Assembly: GCA_000002445.1 (NCBI GenBank)
Contig: CH464491.1
Coordinates: 544,001 to 608,000, forward strand
DNA length: 64,000 nt
Reading direction: 5' to 3'
Origin: Trypanosoma brucei
Lineage: Eukaryota
Of the stretch, positions 43,227 to 53,316 are shown piece by piece. Position 1 is the first letter of the stretch, and the number at the start of each line of letters is the position of its first letter. The notes below the pieces were generated by a model. It saw nothing but the letters and a program-made list of their open reading frames with translations. It searched no databases and was not told where the DNA came from. Made by a program: the position numbers and the translations under genes.

Positions 43227-46200
43227 ATGAGCGACTCCATGGGTGAGGGACAGGACCTTGTTCCTATGACCCTTCCGGTGCCGGAGGTTATGCACGTCTC
43301 TGAACTTGATGTTACGGGACCGCTGCAACCTGGTGATGACTGCGCACAGAAGTCGCTCTCGGGTAATCTTCCGGATAAATGCATGTCTGTTTCATTTGCC
43401 AAAAGCTTGAGCGGCGTAGACCTCAGCATTTTGACACGTTCGGCGGGAAATGCGTCTCACACCTCTATCCGAAGTGGCAGTCGTGCGAGGGGGGGCAATA
43501 CAGAATCTTACGAACTCGCTGCTGTCATGGTTAGATCGTACCCACTCATGACCGTTGAGGGAACGGCGTTTTTAAACACAACACGGCCTCCAAGCTCGCT
43601 GGGGGGAACAGAGCCATCCGTGAGTCTTCGGCAAGATGCAGGCAGTCCCTCTGGGGTTGCTACCGACGATGAACCTCTGGGGGAGAGTTGCGTAAACTTG
43701 GCTGAAAGTGGTGAGCACAGTCGGACGTCCGCCAATGTGATGGCAATCGCCACTAGTCTCAAGCGTGCTTGCATGTGGCAGGTCATAATTACAAACTTTT
43801 TAGCGCACCGCGCGTGGATGGAAGCATTTCGCCGAAACAAACTGAGATCAGTTCTTGAGGTGCACCTTCTTCCCGTGATTCTCCGGAGACGTGGTAGAAT
43901 GAATTTGTCAGGACGGTTTACGCGGAGGGTCTGTGTTCAAAAGCCTGAGCTAGTGAGTAGAGATTCGACTGATTTATTGCAAGGCACGTACCTCTACGAC
44001 ACCGTGCCCATCCTAAAGACCTTGAGAAACGTAAAGTTCTGTGAAGCACTTACGGAGACTGTTTTGAAATACCGCTACAGCTGCGGCCAAGCAATAGCAA
44101 GCAGCGGGAATCCGGAGCAGAACGCTTTATATATTCTCGTCTCCGGCAAGTGCGATGCCATCACCCCAGCATCGGAGACAGGTGGAAAGGTGCGACGCCG
44201 ACGTCTCCAACCAGGTGAAACATTCGGTGGGCTATTTGGTGGTAAAGCGATATTCACAGATGTATATAGAGCCATATCTACCTGTGTGGTGTATGTTATT
44301 ACTAGAGAAAAGTTTGAAGAGTTGTTTTCTCAGTACGCTGACAGCAGTATGAAGGAAACATTCCTTGGTGCGTTACGCGACCACGAGATGGTGCGCCTAA
44401 AAAGGTTACACCCTCTACCCCAGTGCATAGCGCGCGTTCCCATATACCGTAAAAGTGAGCAGCTTGCAGGACAGGTCAACGAATACATTAAGGGGTTCAC
44501 ACCATTGGTGCTTTTACAAGGAGATGTGCTCTTTGAGCAGGGAGATCCTCCCGGCGATGTGTTTTGCCTCATTGAGGGGTATGTCCTGCGCGAGCAACTT
44601 GGTCCAGACATGAAGTACGAAAGCGGCACTCGGCAGGTTCTGGCACCGAACGAGCCGAACAATAACTTCGCACTGAGCACGCGGTTCCTGCTATTGGGAG
44701 AGGAGCCGCACATATTGCCGGGTCCGCTGCGCTACCGCTGCACTGTTGCCAGTCGTGCTGCTCTCTTTTTCAAGATCAATAGCGACAGCTTTGTGAATAT
44801 GCTACTGGATGACGCTAGTCTACTCATTAGGCTTCGGCAAAAGTACAAGGAACAACTGCAGCAGTGGATGCGAATTGCTCCCGAGGCACTCAGGCAAGTT
44901 CCCATGTTGGGGGAGATGCCACGACAAAATCTTAATACCATCATTCACGCTGCGGAACCGCGTGTGCTCGAGCGGTACGTTGCTGTGTGTGAGCCAGCTC
45001 GCGTCATCCGGGAGATTTATGTGTTAACGAAGGGCGATGTACGGGACCCGCGTCAATTTGATCATGTGCCAACGCAACCCCCCTCATTACCTCCCACGGA
45101 AAGCGAGTCTGTAGAGGAAGAGGCCGCGGGGAAGCAGCGAAAGGAAAAGGTCACCAAACGTGTGCCCTCCCCACGTGAAAGAAACTCTAAGGCTCAGAAA
45201 ACGGCCCAGCAACCTGTATCGCCGCTGAAGGAAGGCCGTCCGCGGAAAGGAAACAGGTCTGTTGCATCACTCGTTTGCAAATACACCGACGATAATGCAG
45301 TTCAATGGAGTTTTGAAGAGAATACCGAACTGCTGAAGGCTACAATTTATCCCGATGAGCGGCAGGAAATAACACCGCCACTTCCATTAAACCCGGAGAG
45401 GAATATTATCTGCACCATCGGTGGCGGATGGGAAGGCCTTCTACTGGAGAAGTGGCCTACCGGTTGGGAGACGACGACAACGGTGGAACTCTGGGCCATA
45501 CCGACACTGGCCATAAGGACGGAGTTCAACACTTTCCCCAAGGCGGCTCAAAATTCTATTCTTCGTTGCATTGGTGAAGTGCAAATGCGGGAGCTCGATC
45601 TTCCCACCCCGCCGAAGGTGAAGCTTCCACCAATGAGCATCTACACCCCAATCGAAAAGCGGCTAACGAAACCCGGTTTGAATGTTGACAGGGCCCCCCT
45701 TCGTTCACCGCGTAATGTTGGAGGAAGTGGAGCCTCGCACGACCGCTCCACCGCCGGAACCACAAGCAAAATTGGGCGGCAGCAGGCTGATGCTGCAAAT
45801 TCACAATCCAGTTTTACGACGAGGTCGTCGTCATTTTTCTCCGTTGACATCAGCACCGTGAAGCCTCCGCCTTCTGCGCTGACATCCAACAGGGATCCCA
45901 AAACCATGTCACCTAAACCGGCTGCAGTAGACACAAAGGTCCCCACGGTTCCGAAGACCCGCAAACAATTGGCACAGGTAACCGCGGCTGAGTCGGCGCC
46001 TGTTGAACCTCGCAAATCCAAGGCAGTGCCGGCCTCGTTGCTGTTGTTCCAACGGTTTTCCAAGAAAGTGACTGAGGAACCCCCAAAGATCACACCGGAA
46101 CTGCGAGCCATGTATGCTGGAGAGAAACCACAAAAAGGAATTGTACGTGAGTCGCCTCTCATAGAAGCTGACAAGCGACGAAGTCATAGTTGTCTGCCGA

Positions 46201-46568
46201 CGCTGCCCATAACAGCTTCTGCATGGCCGGTGTTGGCTGGAAGGAGGAAGCGGTGGTTTCCGATGGTACCCACGTTTGCACCCCTTCCGGGAACCCTGGA
46301 CAACGCGAACAACAAGGTGGATCCGCCTCATTTGGTCCCTAACACCTCCCACATGGTTATGCGTGAGAAGGGTTATAGGGATGTGCTGCAGTCACAAGTT
46401 GTTTATTTTACTTCGCTAGCAAATAGCAAAGCCTGTGAGGACCCAACGTACCTCTCGGTCTCCCCATGTACAACTGCAAGGTCCCGTTCCTCTCGTCATG
46501 GTGGGTCCACAGCAGCTCACATTGGTGCGGTACTGCCAACGCCTGGCCGGCATGCATACAGCTCTTAG
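43227..46568 (+). CDS. Large protein with tandem cyclic-nucleotide-binding-like (cNMP) domains and S/P-rich C-terminal half
   Basis: Two or three cNMP-binding-like modules: LYILVSGKCDAI...LQPGETFGGLFGGKAIFTDVYRAISTCVVYVITREKFEEL; VLLQGDVLFEQGDPPGDVFCLIEGYVLRE...LLLGEE...RYRCTVASRAALFFKINSDSF. No kinase or other catalytic domain was detected. Confidence 0.6.
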   Translation: MSDSMGEGQDLVPMTLPVPEVMHVSELDVTGPLQPGDDCAQKSLSGNLPDKCMSVSFAKSLSGVDLSILTRSAGNASHTSIRSGSRARGGNTESYELAAVMVRSYPLMTVEGTAFLNTTRPPSSLGGTEPSVSLRQDAGSPSGVATDDEPLGESCVNLAESGEHSRTSANVMAIATSLKRACMWQVIITNFLAHRAWMEAFRRNKLRSVLEVHLLPVILRRRGRMNLSGRFTRRVCVQKPELVSRDSTDLLQGTYLYDTVPILKTLRNVKFCEALTETVLKYRYSCGQAIASSGNPEQNALYILVSGKCDAITPASETGGKVRRRRLQPGETFGGLFGGKAIFTDVYRAISTCVVYVITREKFEELFSQYADSSMKETFLGALRDHEMVRLKRLHPLPQCIARVPIYRKSEQLAGQVNEYIKGFTPLVLLQGDVLFEQGDPPGDVFCLIEGYVLREQLGPDMKYESGTRQVLAPNEPNNNFALSTRFLLLGEEPHILPGPLRYRCTVASRAALFFKINSDSFVNMLLDDASLLIRLRQKYKEQLQQWMRIAPEALRQVPMLGEMPRQNLNTIIHAAEPRVLERYVAVCEPARVIREIYVLTKGDVRDPRQFDHVPTQPPSLPPTESESVEEEAAGKQRKEKVTKRVPSPRERNSKAQKTAQQPVSPLKEGRPRKGNRSVASLVCKYTDDNAVQWSFEENTELLKATIYPDERQEITPPLPLNPERNIICTIGGGWEGLLLEKWPTGWETTTTVELWAIPTLAIRTEFNTFPKAAQNSILRCIGEVQMRELDLPTPPKVKLPPMSIYTPIEKRLTKPGLNVDRAPLRSPRNVGGSGASHDRSTAGTTSKIGRQQADAANSQSSFTTRSSSFFSVDISTVKPPPSALTSNRDPKTMSPKPAAVDTKVPTVPKTRKQLAQVTAAESAPVEPRKSKAVPASLLLFQRFSKKVTEEPPKITPELRAMYAGEKPQKGIVRESPLIEADKRRSHSCLPTLPITASAWPVLAGRRKRWFPMVPTFAPLPGTLDNANNKVDPPHLVPNTSHMVMREKGYRDVLQSQVVYFTSLANSKACEDPTYLSVSPCTTARSRSSRHGGSTAAHIGAVLPTPGRHAYSS

Positions 46569-47795
46569 CAAATGAAGGGTTGTGGTTGTGGATATGAGTA
46601 GGCCGCAGCTGGTGGGGAGTGAGTGGGCCAGTGGAGGAAATGCCTCACAACATTTCCTGTAGATGTTCATAGGGCGATGGGTGTGCATTATGTTCGTCCA
46701 TCGTGTTGCCACTGCTCTTTTCTCCTCTCCCCATGCGCTCTCCTTGCCTTTCATTTTAGGTGTTTGCCTTTTCCCCCCTTACCTGTGCCGAATTTCTCAC
46801 ATGCGGGTGCATGCATTGTTCACTTTTTTTTTTTACTGTTGCTGATATCGGTTTTTGTTTTTAGCTGTGATATGGTTGGCACCTTTTCCCCCTTTCCACA
46901 AAATGTGCAACGGTGAACACCCTTTTTTTTGGTATTTATTAGTATTTGGCCTCTTCTTTTGTAACTTTTTTTTCTTTGGCGGAAAAAGAGAGAGAGGCAG
47001 ATGATGGTGTCGATGACGATTTGATAAGCGGCACAAGGTTACTGCATTGACCGTGTGTTTCATGTAAATGTCGAATTAGAGTGCGAAAGAAATGAGGTTG
47101 GAGTCGTGTGTTTGTATCCCCTTCTCCCCCTCAAAAAAAAAATCAATAAAAGAAAAAAGAGGAAGATGAAAAGAATATGATAACAGTGGCTTCACGCATA
47201 TATACATTTGTATTCGTGAGCGCCTTTCAACCTCCGTTTGTCGATATACTACTTAATATGTATACGTTGGCCCCTTCTCCCCTTTCCTGTGTTATGCATT
47301 GGCTTTTCAGCAGTTGCGTGTGCGTAAACGAGCACACTTGCGCTCACGCACGCAGAAGTGCTCTCTGTGGCATATATGTAGTGATACGTTGGGGGTGAGC
47401 GGTCCCCTCACAAGAAGAAAACCTTTCACTGATTCAGTGTGTGTGTGTGGGAGAGAATTTTTAAAGTTTATTTCCTCCCTCCCTCCTTCCCCCATCACGA
47501 CTCTTCCTAAATTGCTGGTGTTGTCTTTAGTAGAGTATTTCTTTGGTGGTGGACTATGTGCTTCATTAAGGGCCACACACACATGGTCTAAACGATCCTT
47601 AAACCAGTACCCATCATCAGGATATCAACATTGCGCTTCGCTGCTTTTTAACACATTATAGTGTAGGAAGACTGGGAAGAAGGGGGTTCCTTACGTATAA
47701 ATTGGCAGATATATACTTTTACTCACATATCTTTCCCTTACATAGAGTTTGTGGGATTTTTTAAAACTTAGTTGCTGTTGAGCATTTAGTAGTAG

Positions 47796-49283
47796 ATGCA
47801 GGACCTCAACTGGGCCCTGGCGGAAAAGGGCACAAAGGTTGTGGAGGTTTCCCACGAGGCTGCACATGTCGCTAGTTCCGCCACGAATCTTCTTGTGGAC
47901 CGTGAAGAATTACTTTGGATAACGGGAGATGCTCCGCAGCACGTAACGCTGAGGTTAGCGAATCCCCATCCACCACTAAATTATGTTGGATGGCACGTTT
48001 GGCACGATTACGTCACCAACCCCAAAACTGTGGAGGTGGCGACGGGTGAGTCTCCTGATGAAATGGTGGCACAAATCGTGTGTCAGGCAGTTGCCGGGGC
48101 TGGCACGCAGATTTGGAAATTGCCAAGTCCCATCCCCGCCAATCACTTATATGTACGCATGAAGATAGTTGAAACCTTCGGGCCGGGGCCAACTTACTTG
48201 AATAATTTGGTACTCTTCGCTGATGACCCCGGAAGTCGATTCCGCATACTCCGCGGCGAAGAGAGGGATAAATCAATGGCCGATCCGAGAAACTTGTCTT
48301 CGGGTAAAATGAGCGTTCTCCTTCAAGAGTTAGGTCAGGACATACGATCATTACATCCCATCAAGACAGTAGCTTCAAAAAAAAACATGCTACTTTACGT
48401 TCCCAAGGAACCGGATGCCGTCATACGTCCCCAGGGGGAAGAGGATGTTACCTTTCAATCGTCGTCCCAACACGCGAATAATATAACACCGCGGTGCGGA
48501 ACAGATAGCGCGAGGCAGTGCCATCTAGACTCTGGAAGTGGTTTTCAAGCTTCCAGTGACTTTCCAGGTGGTTTCAACGAACGGTTGTGTGCACTAGAGC
48601 AGGCGGTCGCATCTCTAACTCAAACAATGAATCATCAGCGTGAGGATCTTACGATGATTAAACGCCTTCTGCTTCAACAGGCTACAGACAGGCGGCGGGA
48701 GATAGAACGCCAGGGTAACGGCCCAGGCATCGCGTTGCCGCAACATGGCACCCACCCTGTGTCTCACCATCAGGTTTGCGTGGACTTTCCTGAACGAGCC
48801 CTTCGCACATTTGTGGAGGAAGTCGTGAGGCCGAAGCTGCAAAAGCACTCTAGACGGACTGAGACTCAAACTATAGCAAAGCTCGATGAATTCTTAAAGG
48901 ACGTTATTGGGGAAATGACCCAAGTAGTGGATGAACGAGTTCGGTTCCACATTCAGCGGGCCTCGTGCAATAGCAGCGTCAGTACAGGGTTTCATGCCTC
49001 GTGCAGCGGTGGGAGCCTCCAACCGTGCTCACCACACCTGTCGGTCAGCGGCGTGAATGCCAGCAGACCATCAGTCATTGCGGATTCCTCTATTCCCCAA
49101 ACTAACGGGTTCCCACCGGGATCCTTTTCATCTTCGGTTCATGGGTATTCTGCTGCGGCTAGGCATAATTCACCTGCAACCTCTTGTCACGATCCTATCA
49201 GCGTACCCTCTACGGCCGTGCGTGATGTGTCGTTCGAAGTGGATATGACCAGCACAAGGAACACGACACCCAGACCACAGTAA
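47796..49283 (+). CDS. Hypothetical protein
   Basis: 495 aa ORF with an ATG start, a central coiled-coil segment and an S-rich C-terminus. Confidence 0.5.
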   Translation: MQDLNWALAEKGTKVVEVSHEAAHVASSATNLLVDREELLWITGDAPQHVTLRLANPHPPLNYVGWHVWHDYVTNPKTVEVATGESPDEMVAQIVCQAVAGAGTQIWKLPSPIPANHLYVRMKIVETFGPGPTYLNNLVLFADDPGSRFRILRGEERDKSMADPRNLSSGKMSVLLQELGQDIRSLHPIKTVASKKNMLLYVPKEPDAVIRPQGEEDVTFQSSSQHANNITPRCGTDSARQCHLDSGSGFQASSDFPGGFNERLCALEQAVASLTQTMNHQREDLTMIKRLLLQQATDRRREIERQGNGPGIALPQHGTHPVSHHQVCVDFPERALRTFVEEVVRPKLQKHSRRTETQTIAKLDEFLKDVIGEMTQVVDERVRFHIQRASCNSSVSTGFHASCSGGSLQPCSPHLSVSGVNASRPSVIADSSIPQTNGFPPGSFSSSVHGYSAAARHNSPATSCHDPISVPSTAVRDVSFEVDMTSTRNTTPRPQ

Positions 49284-49650
49284 GAGTATTTTTTTTTTAA
49301 ATTTTCGTATCTGCTGTTTCTCCTCCCCCCCCCTGTTCTTTCAGTGTGTGTGTAGCGGGTGTTGCTGATCCACCCGCTGGTGTTTGGGTACTTCACGGTT
49401 TTTGTTCTTTGTTTTGAGACGGTTGTCGCCTTGAAGATCCAATGTCTAGTATACGAGCTTACTTCCTATCACTTCTCCCCGATTTATTTTTGTAGATTTT
49501 TTTCATTTTTATATGGCGAAGTACGGCATCGGGGCACGTTGTAGAGTGTGACACAAGTGGCACCGCATTTTGTCGCGGAGCCCGTCCCCCTTAAACTTTT
49601 CCCCCCTTTCTGTTTACTATACACATACATACATACCTTTGTGTGTGTGC

Positions 49651-49671
49651 ATATATATATATATATATATA
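49651..49671. repeat. (AT)n microsatellite
   Basis: atatatatatatatatatata. Confidence 0.9.
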
Positions 49672-50269
49672 GGGATGATTAACTGTTTCTGGGACCGCGT
49701 GTTCGTCCTTTTGGTTCCGCTCGTACGTGCACAAATTTCCATATATATTATGTTATGTTATGTCATAGGGTGTTTGCTTATCTTTCTCTCCTCCGGGGGT
49801 TATATGTCGTGCACCCGCATTCATATTCGACCCTATTTCGTTTCGCCTTCGTTCCTTTCGTTGCAAGAGATTTACTTTATTTATTTGTTTCTTGCCCCTG
49901 CTTACCATATGGGTGAGACCTCAGGTATATCCTATCGGTTTCCATCCCTTCTTGTGTTTTTATTGTGTCTGAATTTTTTGGAATGTTTGAGACGACGACC
50001 AGTCTCTCGTTTGCAATGATCTTCTTTCTTGCTTCCTCTAAATCAAGCATCCGCCTCTAGAAAAGATATTGGGCACCGGGTGTGAAGCCATTATTGTCTG
50101 GAATAGGAAGTAAGGTTGTATTCGTTTGTTAGGGGACAAGGAGGATAAGCGTGCCCGATTTTGTGGGTTGTAAGGGTTGACCGCGGGGAGTAACAACTGC
50201 AGGTGCAAGCAAAAAAAAAAACACTAGGCGGTGGCGAACTAATAAGAGGTCGAGTGACTCTTTTCTGAG

Positions 50270-50734
50270 ATGCAGTCGCGGCGTAACTCGATGATGAATC
50301 GCGTCTGCCGTAAATACGCTCGAGTACCTGGTCAACACGGTGACGGTAATGTACCTGCATTTTATCCCATCGCTATCAACCCCGGCTGGTGGGGACAGCC
50401 TTTCGGTAAGGTGAAGGACGCCAAAGGGCAAATTCTTTTTTTCTACGGCCTTGTGTTACCAATCGCTCTGTACTGGATATTTGATGTCACGTTCGCCCAG
50501 CGCACACGTGTCGGCAACGTCGGCAAGCGGCCGATGTACTCTAACTTCTTTTTTAGACAAATGGACCTGGATGACCCAGATCACGCCATCAAGTATGAGA
50601 AACTGCGGCAGGAAATAGCGGAGAATAAGTTAGAAGTCCGCTGGGGCGGGACGAACTTCTTGGCAAGTTACTTATGGGAGCCCGGTGATCCGGAGCCCGA
50701 CATACGCCGTCGTGAGGTACATGCACATCACTAA
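50270..50734 (+). CDS. Hypothetical small single-pass membrane protein
   Basis: 154 aa with an ATG start and one hydrophobic segment (ILFFYGLVLPIALYWIF). Confidence 0.4.
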   Translation: MQSRRNSMMNRVCRKYARVPGQHGDGNVPAFYPIAINPGWWGQPFGKVKDAKGQILFFYGLVLPIALYWIFDVTFAQRTRVGNVGKRPMYSNFFFRQMDLDDPDHAIKYEKLRQEIAENKLEVRWGGTNFLASYLWEPGDPEPDIRRREVHAHH

Positions 50735-51623
50735 TCCGAGAATGAAACGGCATATTTTGAAATGGCGGTGGTGGGACACATATATGTGTACATGCCATGG
50801 TTTCGTGATTATTGTGGGTGTCGCATATTTTTTTTTTTTTTTTAGGATAGCAGATGAAACTTTTTTTGAAAGTTTTGGTGTGGGGGCGTATCTTTGATTT
50901 CTCCGACGTTGCGAGAGGCGGTAAGCAGTCAACAGTTGTCGGTGTGGTAGTAGGGTCGGCGTTAATTTAGTGATTGTGACATGACATTACCTTTCTTTCC
51001 CCATTTCTGCAAGTGACCTGCTACTTATGTGGCGGCGTTGCTTTTAACAGTAAGAGGGCACGTGCGTAGGATCACCCTTGTGTTGTTGTTAGCTATGGCT
51101 GCGGTAATCCCGTGTTTTTTATTTTATTTTATCGTACTTGCTTGTTGTCACGGTTGTACACAATCATTGGCGTCGTAGTAGTACGGGTACAGCTTCGCCT
51201 GTTTGTGGCTGCAAGCAATGGAGCGAGTAAGCGTACACGTTTATGTCGTTGTTCTTCCCCTCTTTTCCCCTCTTGTGCTGTCAGTATTATTGTTATTATT
51301 ATTGTTTTTTTTAAAGTTTCTTCTCATCCGCTCAATATCACGTGCTGGGGGAAGGCCCCACGTGAGACGGTTGTTGGTGGTGTGTCGGTACCTTTCATAA
51401 ACGCAGTGCCGCGACAACCTTTTTGACCCTTTCTTCTTCTTCTTTCCTCAACCTTTCTTTTCTTGTGTGCGAATGCGCTGTATTGTCTCGCACCTCTTTA
51501 AGCTGGTATGACTGGGAAATTATAAAGGTAGGGAGACGAACTGTGTTGTGTGTCTTTTCAGGCGTGACAAAGTGAGATACCGTTCGTTTAGGGCCACCGA
51601 AGTAGTTGTTACGGAATCAGTGA

Positions 51624-52892
51624 ATGATGGAATTAATCGGCTGCCCTGCGGTTGCGGTGTTGACCTGTTTCTACTGGGTGGCTTCCCATTTGGTCCTTCT
51701 TCTTCGCGTTGCTTTGCCGCGCTTCAGCGTAATCGTGCGCTACGGTGGTCGCTGTGTTACGTCCGAGAGTATTTGCAGTGGCTTTGCCTCTTGGATTCAG
51801 TCATCTCGGGATTATGCAAAGCGCACAGTCGGCATGTGGAAGTCTGAGAGACTATCGCGGGCCGTCTTTCACTGTACTGCCATTCTTGAGGGTTCGATCT
51901 TGTGTCGTATACGAGTTAGCAGAAAGCTTAGCTTCTGCGCTTTTTATGTTGCAGGTATTGTTTCCATCGTTTTGATACTCATTCTGATGGATGGCGGCCA
52001 TTGTTCTCCCATTGTGGAGGGGATGACAGTATATTCTGACGGCCTCAATCACTCAGCTGTCGCCTTCCTGGTTTCTTATGCCGGTCGACCGCTGCTTGCT
52101 TTTCTCATGCACTGCACCGTCCGATTATTGGAGTGCCTTTTTTTGCATCGCTTCAGGGGCGGGTCCGATGACTGTGTGACTGGCTTCGCCGCCGTTGCTG
52201 GATGCTCTTTCTACGTATTTGCCTCGTGTTCCAGCGGCATTATTCTCCCCTGTACAGAACGGTCGCCACTAGTGATTGGTGGGCAGAGGGTTGTTAATGG
52301 TATGACGGAGGCATCACCTTTTTTCCCTACGTTCGCGTTGGCCGTGGATGCCTTATTTGTTCTGCATATGGTTTTTCAAGTAACACAGGTGTACCATCAC
52401 TGGGTCCTGGCGGAGCTTCGGAGAAAACCTGTCGGCACAAGTGTCCTTAAGGGGGAGCACTGTTCCGTTGGCAGATGCAAGACCACACCGAAGGGCGTGA
52501 GCGAGGAAGGGAGAATCGGCGACGGTTCAGCGGTGCTGTACCATTTTCCTCGTATCGCACTCTTTAAATATGTGCAGGAGCCGCACTACGCGTGCGAAGT
52601 CGCGATGTATGCCGTCAATGCAATCAGTATCTGCCTCATAGTTTACAATAGGTCATTGCCCTCCGGTGGCACTGGAAGGGAAATAGGGGATGAGTTTTCC
52701 GTAGGCAGTGAGGTGGTGCCGTTGTTGTGCGCGACGTGCTTACCGCCGCTAGGCGTGTTGTTTTTCTCGTTGTTTAATCTCGCCATTACCGCGCGTGAGC
52801 ACCGCCGGTTTTGGGAGTGTGTGAATGCTAGGCGAGGCGACGGGGAGCGGGAGCTAATCCCCAAATGGGATTTGTTCTATGGCGTGTGGTAA
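51624..52892 (+). CDS. 3-oxo-5-alpha-steroid 4-dehydrogenase family protein (polyprenol reductase / TECR-like), polytopic
   Basis: C-terminal FPRIALFKYVQEPHYACEVAMYAV matches the steroid-5-alpha-reductase C-terminal motif (...Y.yVrHPnY.gE...w.g). There are multiple TM segments and an N-terminal extension relative to canonical ~300 aa members. Confidence 0.5.
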   Translation: MMELIGCPAVAVLTCFYWVASHLVLLLRVALPRFSVIVRYGGRCVTSESICSGFASWIQSSRDYAKRTVGMWKSERLSRAVFHCTAILEGSILCRIRVSRKLSFCAFYVAGIVSIVLILILMDGGHCSPIVEGMTVYSDGLNHSAVAFLVSYAGRPLLAFLMHCTVRLLECLFLHRFRGGSDDCVTGFAAVAGCSFYVFASCSSGIILPCTERSPLVIGGQRVVNGMTEASPFFPTFALAVDALFVLHMVFQVTQVYHHWVLAELRRKPVGTSVLKGEHCSVGRCKTTPKGVSEEGRIGDGSAVLYHFPRIALFKYVQEPHYACEVAMYAVNAISICLIVYNRSLPSGGTGREIGDEFSVGSEVVPLLCATCLPPLGVLFFSLFNLAITAREHRRFWECVNARRGDGERELIPKWDLFYGVW

Positions 52893-53316
52893 CCCAGCCT
52901 CCCTTCCCCATTCTTCGCTGTTTGTTTGGGTGCCACGGGGGTCTTTTTTGGCTTGATAATCGCAGCTGTTGACCCGGGAGGGGGACAGTGGCCTGCACGA
53001 CAGTGTTGAGTAATATGAGGGAAGGGCGTTTTGTACGCCCTATATCAGGGTGGATATGACTTTACCTTGAATTGCTGCCCTAATGGCTGCTCGTGCGTAT
53101 TTATATCCGTACGTGCGCCTGAACTCCGTTGTCTCAGGTTGTCGTTGATTATTCTATCACTTTTTGCCGTGACCTTTTTGTTGCCGTTGTGACACTGTCT
53201 CCTGTTGGCATTTCTCTTACTTTCTATTTTTTGTATTGTGTTCGGGTGAACAACTAATTGCGCATATGCTTGTAGGCGTTTTCTAAGCGTCGCACTCAGA
53301 AGCATCATACTTAGCC

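Noticed and set aside
47796-49283. Possible galactose-binding-like (DOC/IFT25-like) N-terminal domain in the 495-aa hypothetical
   Set aside because: This is only a vague pattern impression (W...V.L.L..P..L..V.W) without diagnostic motifs. It is too weak to report as a call.
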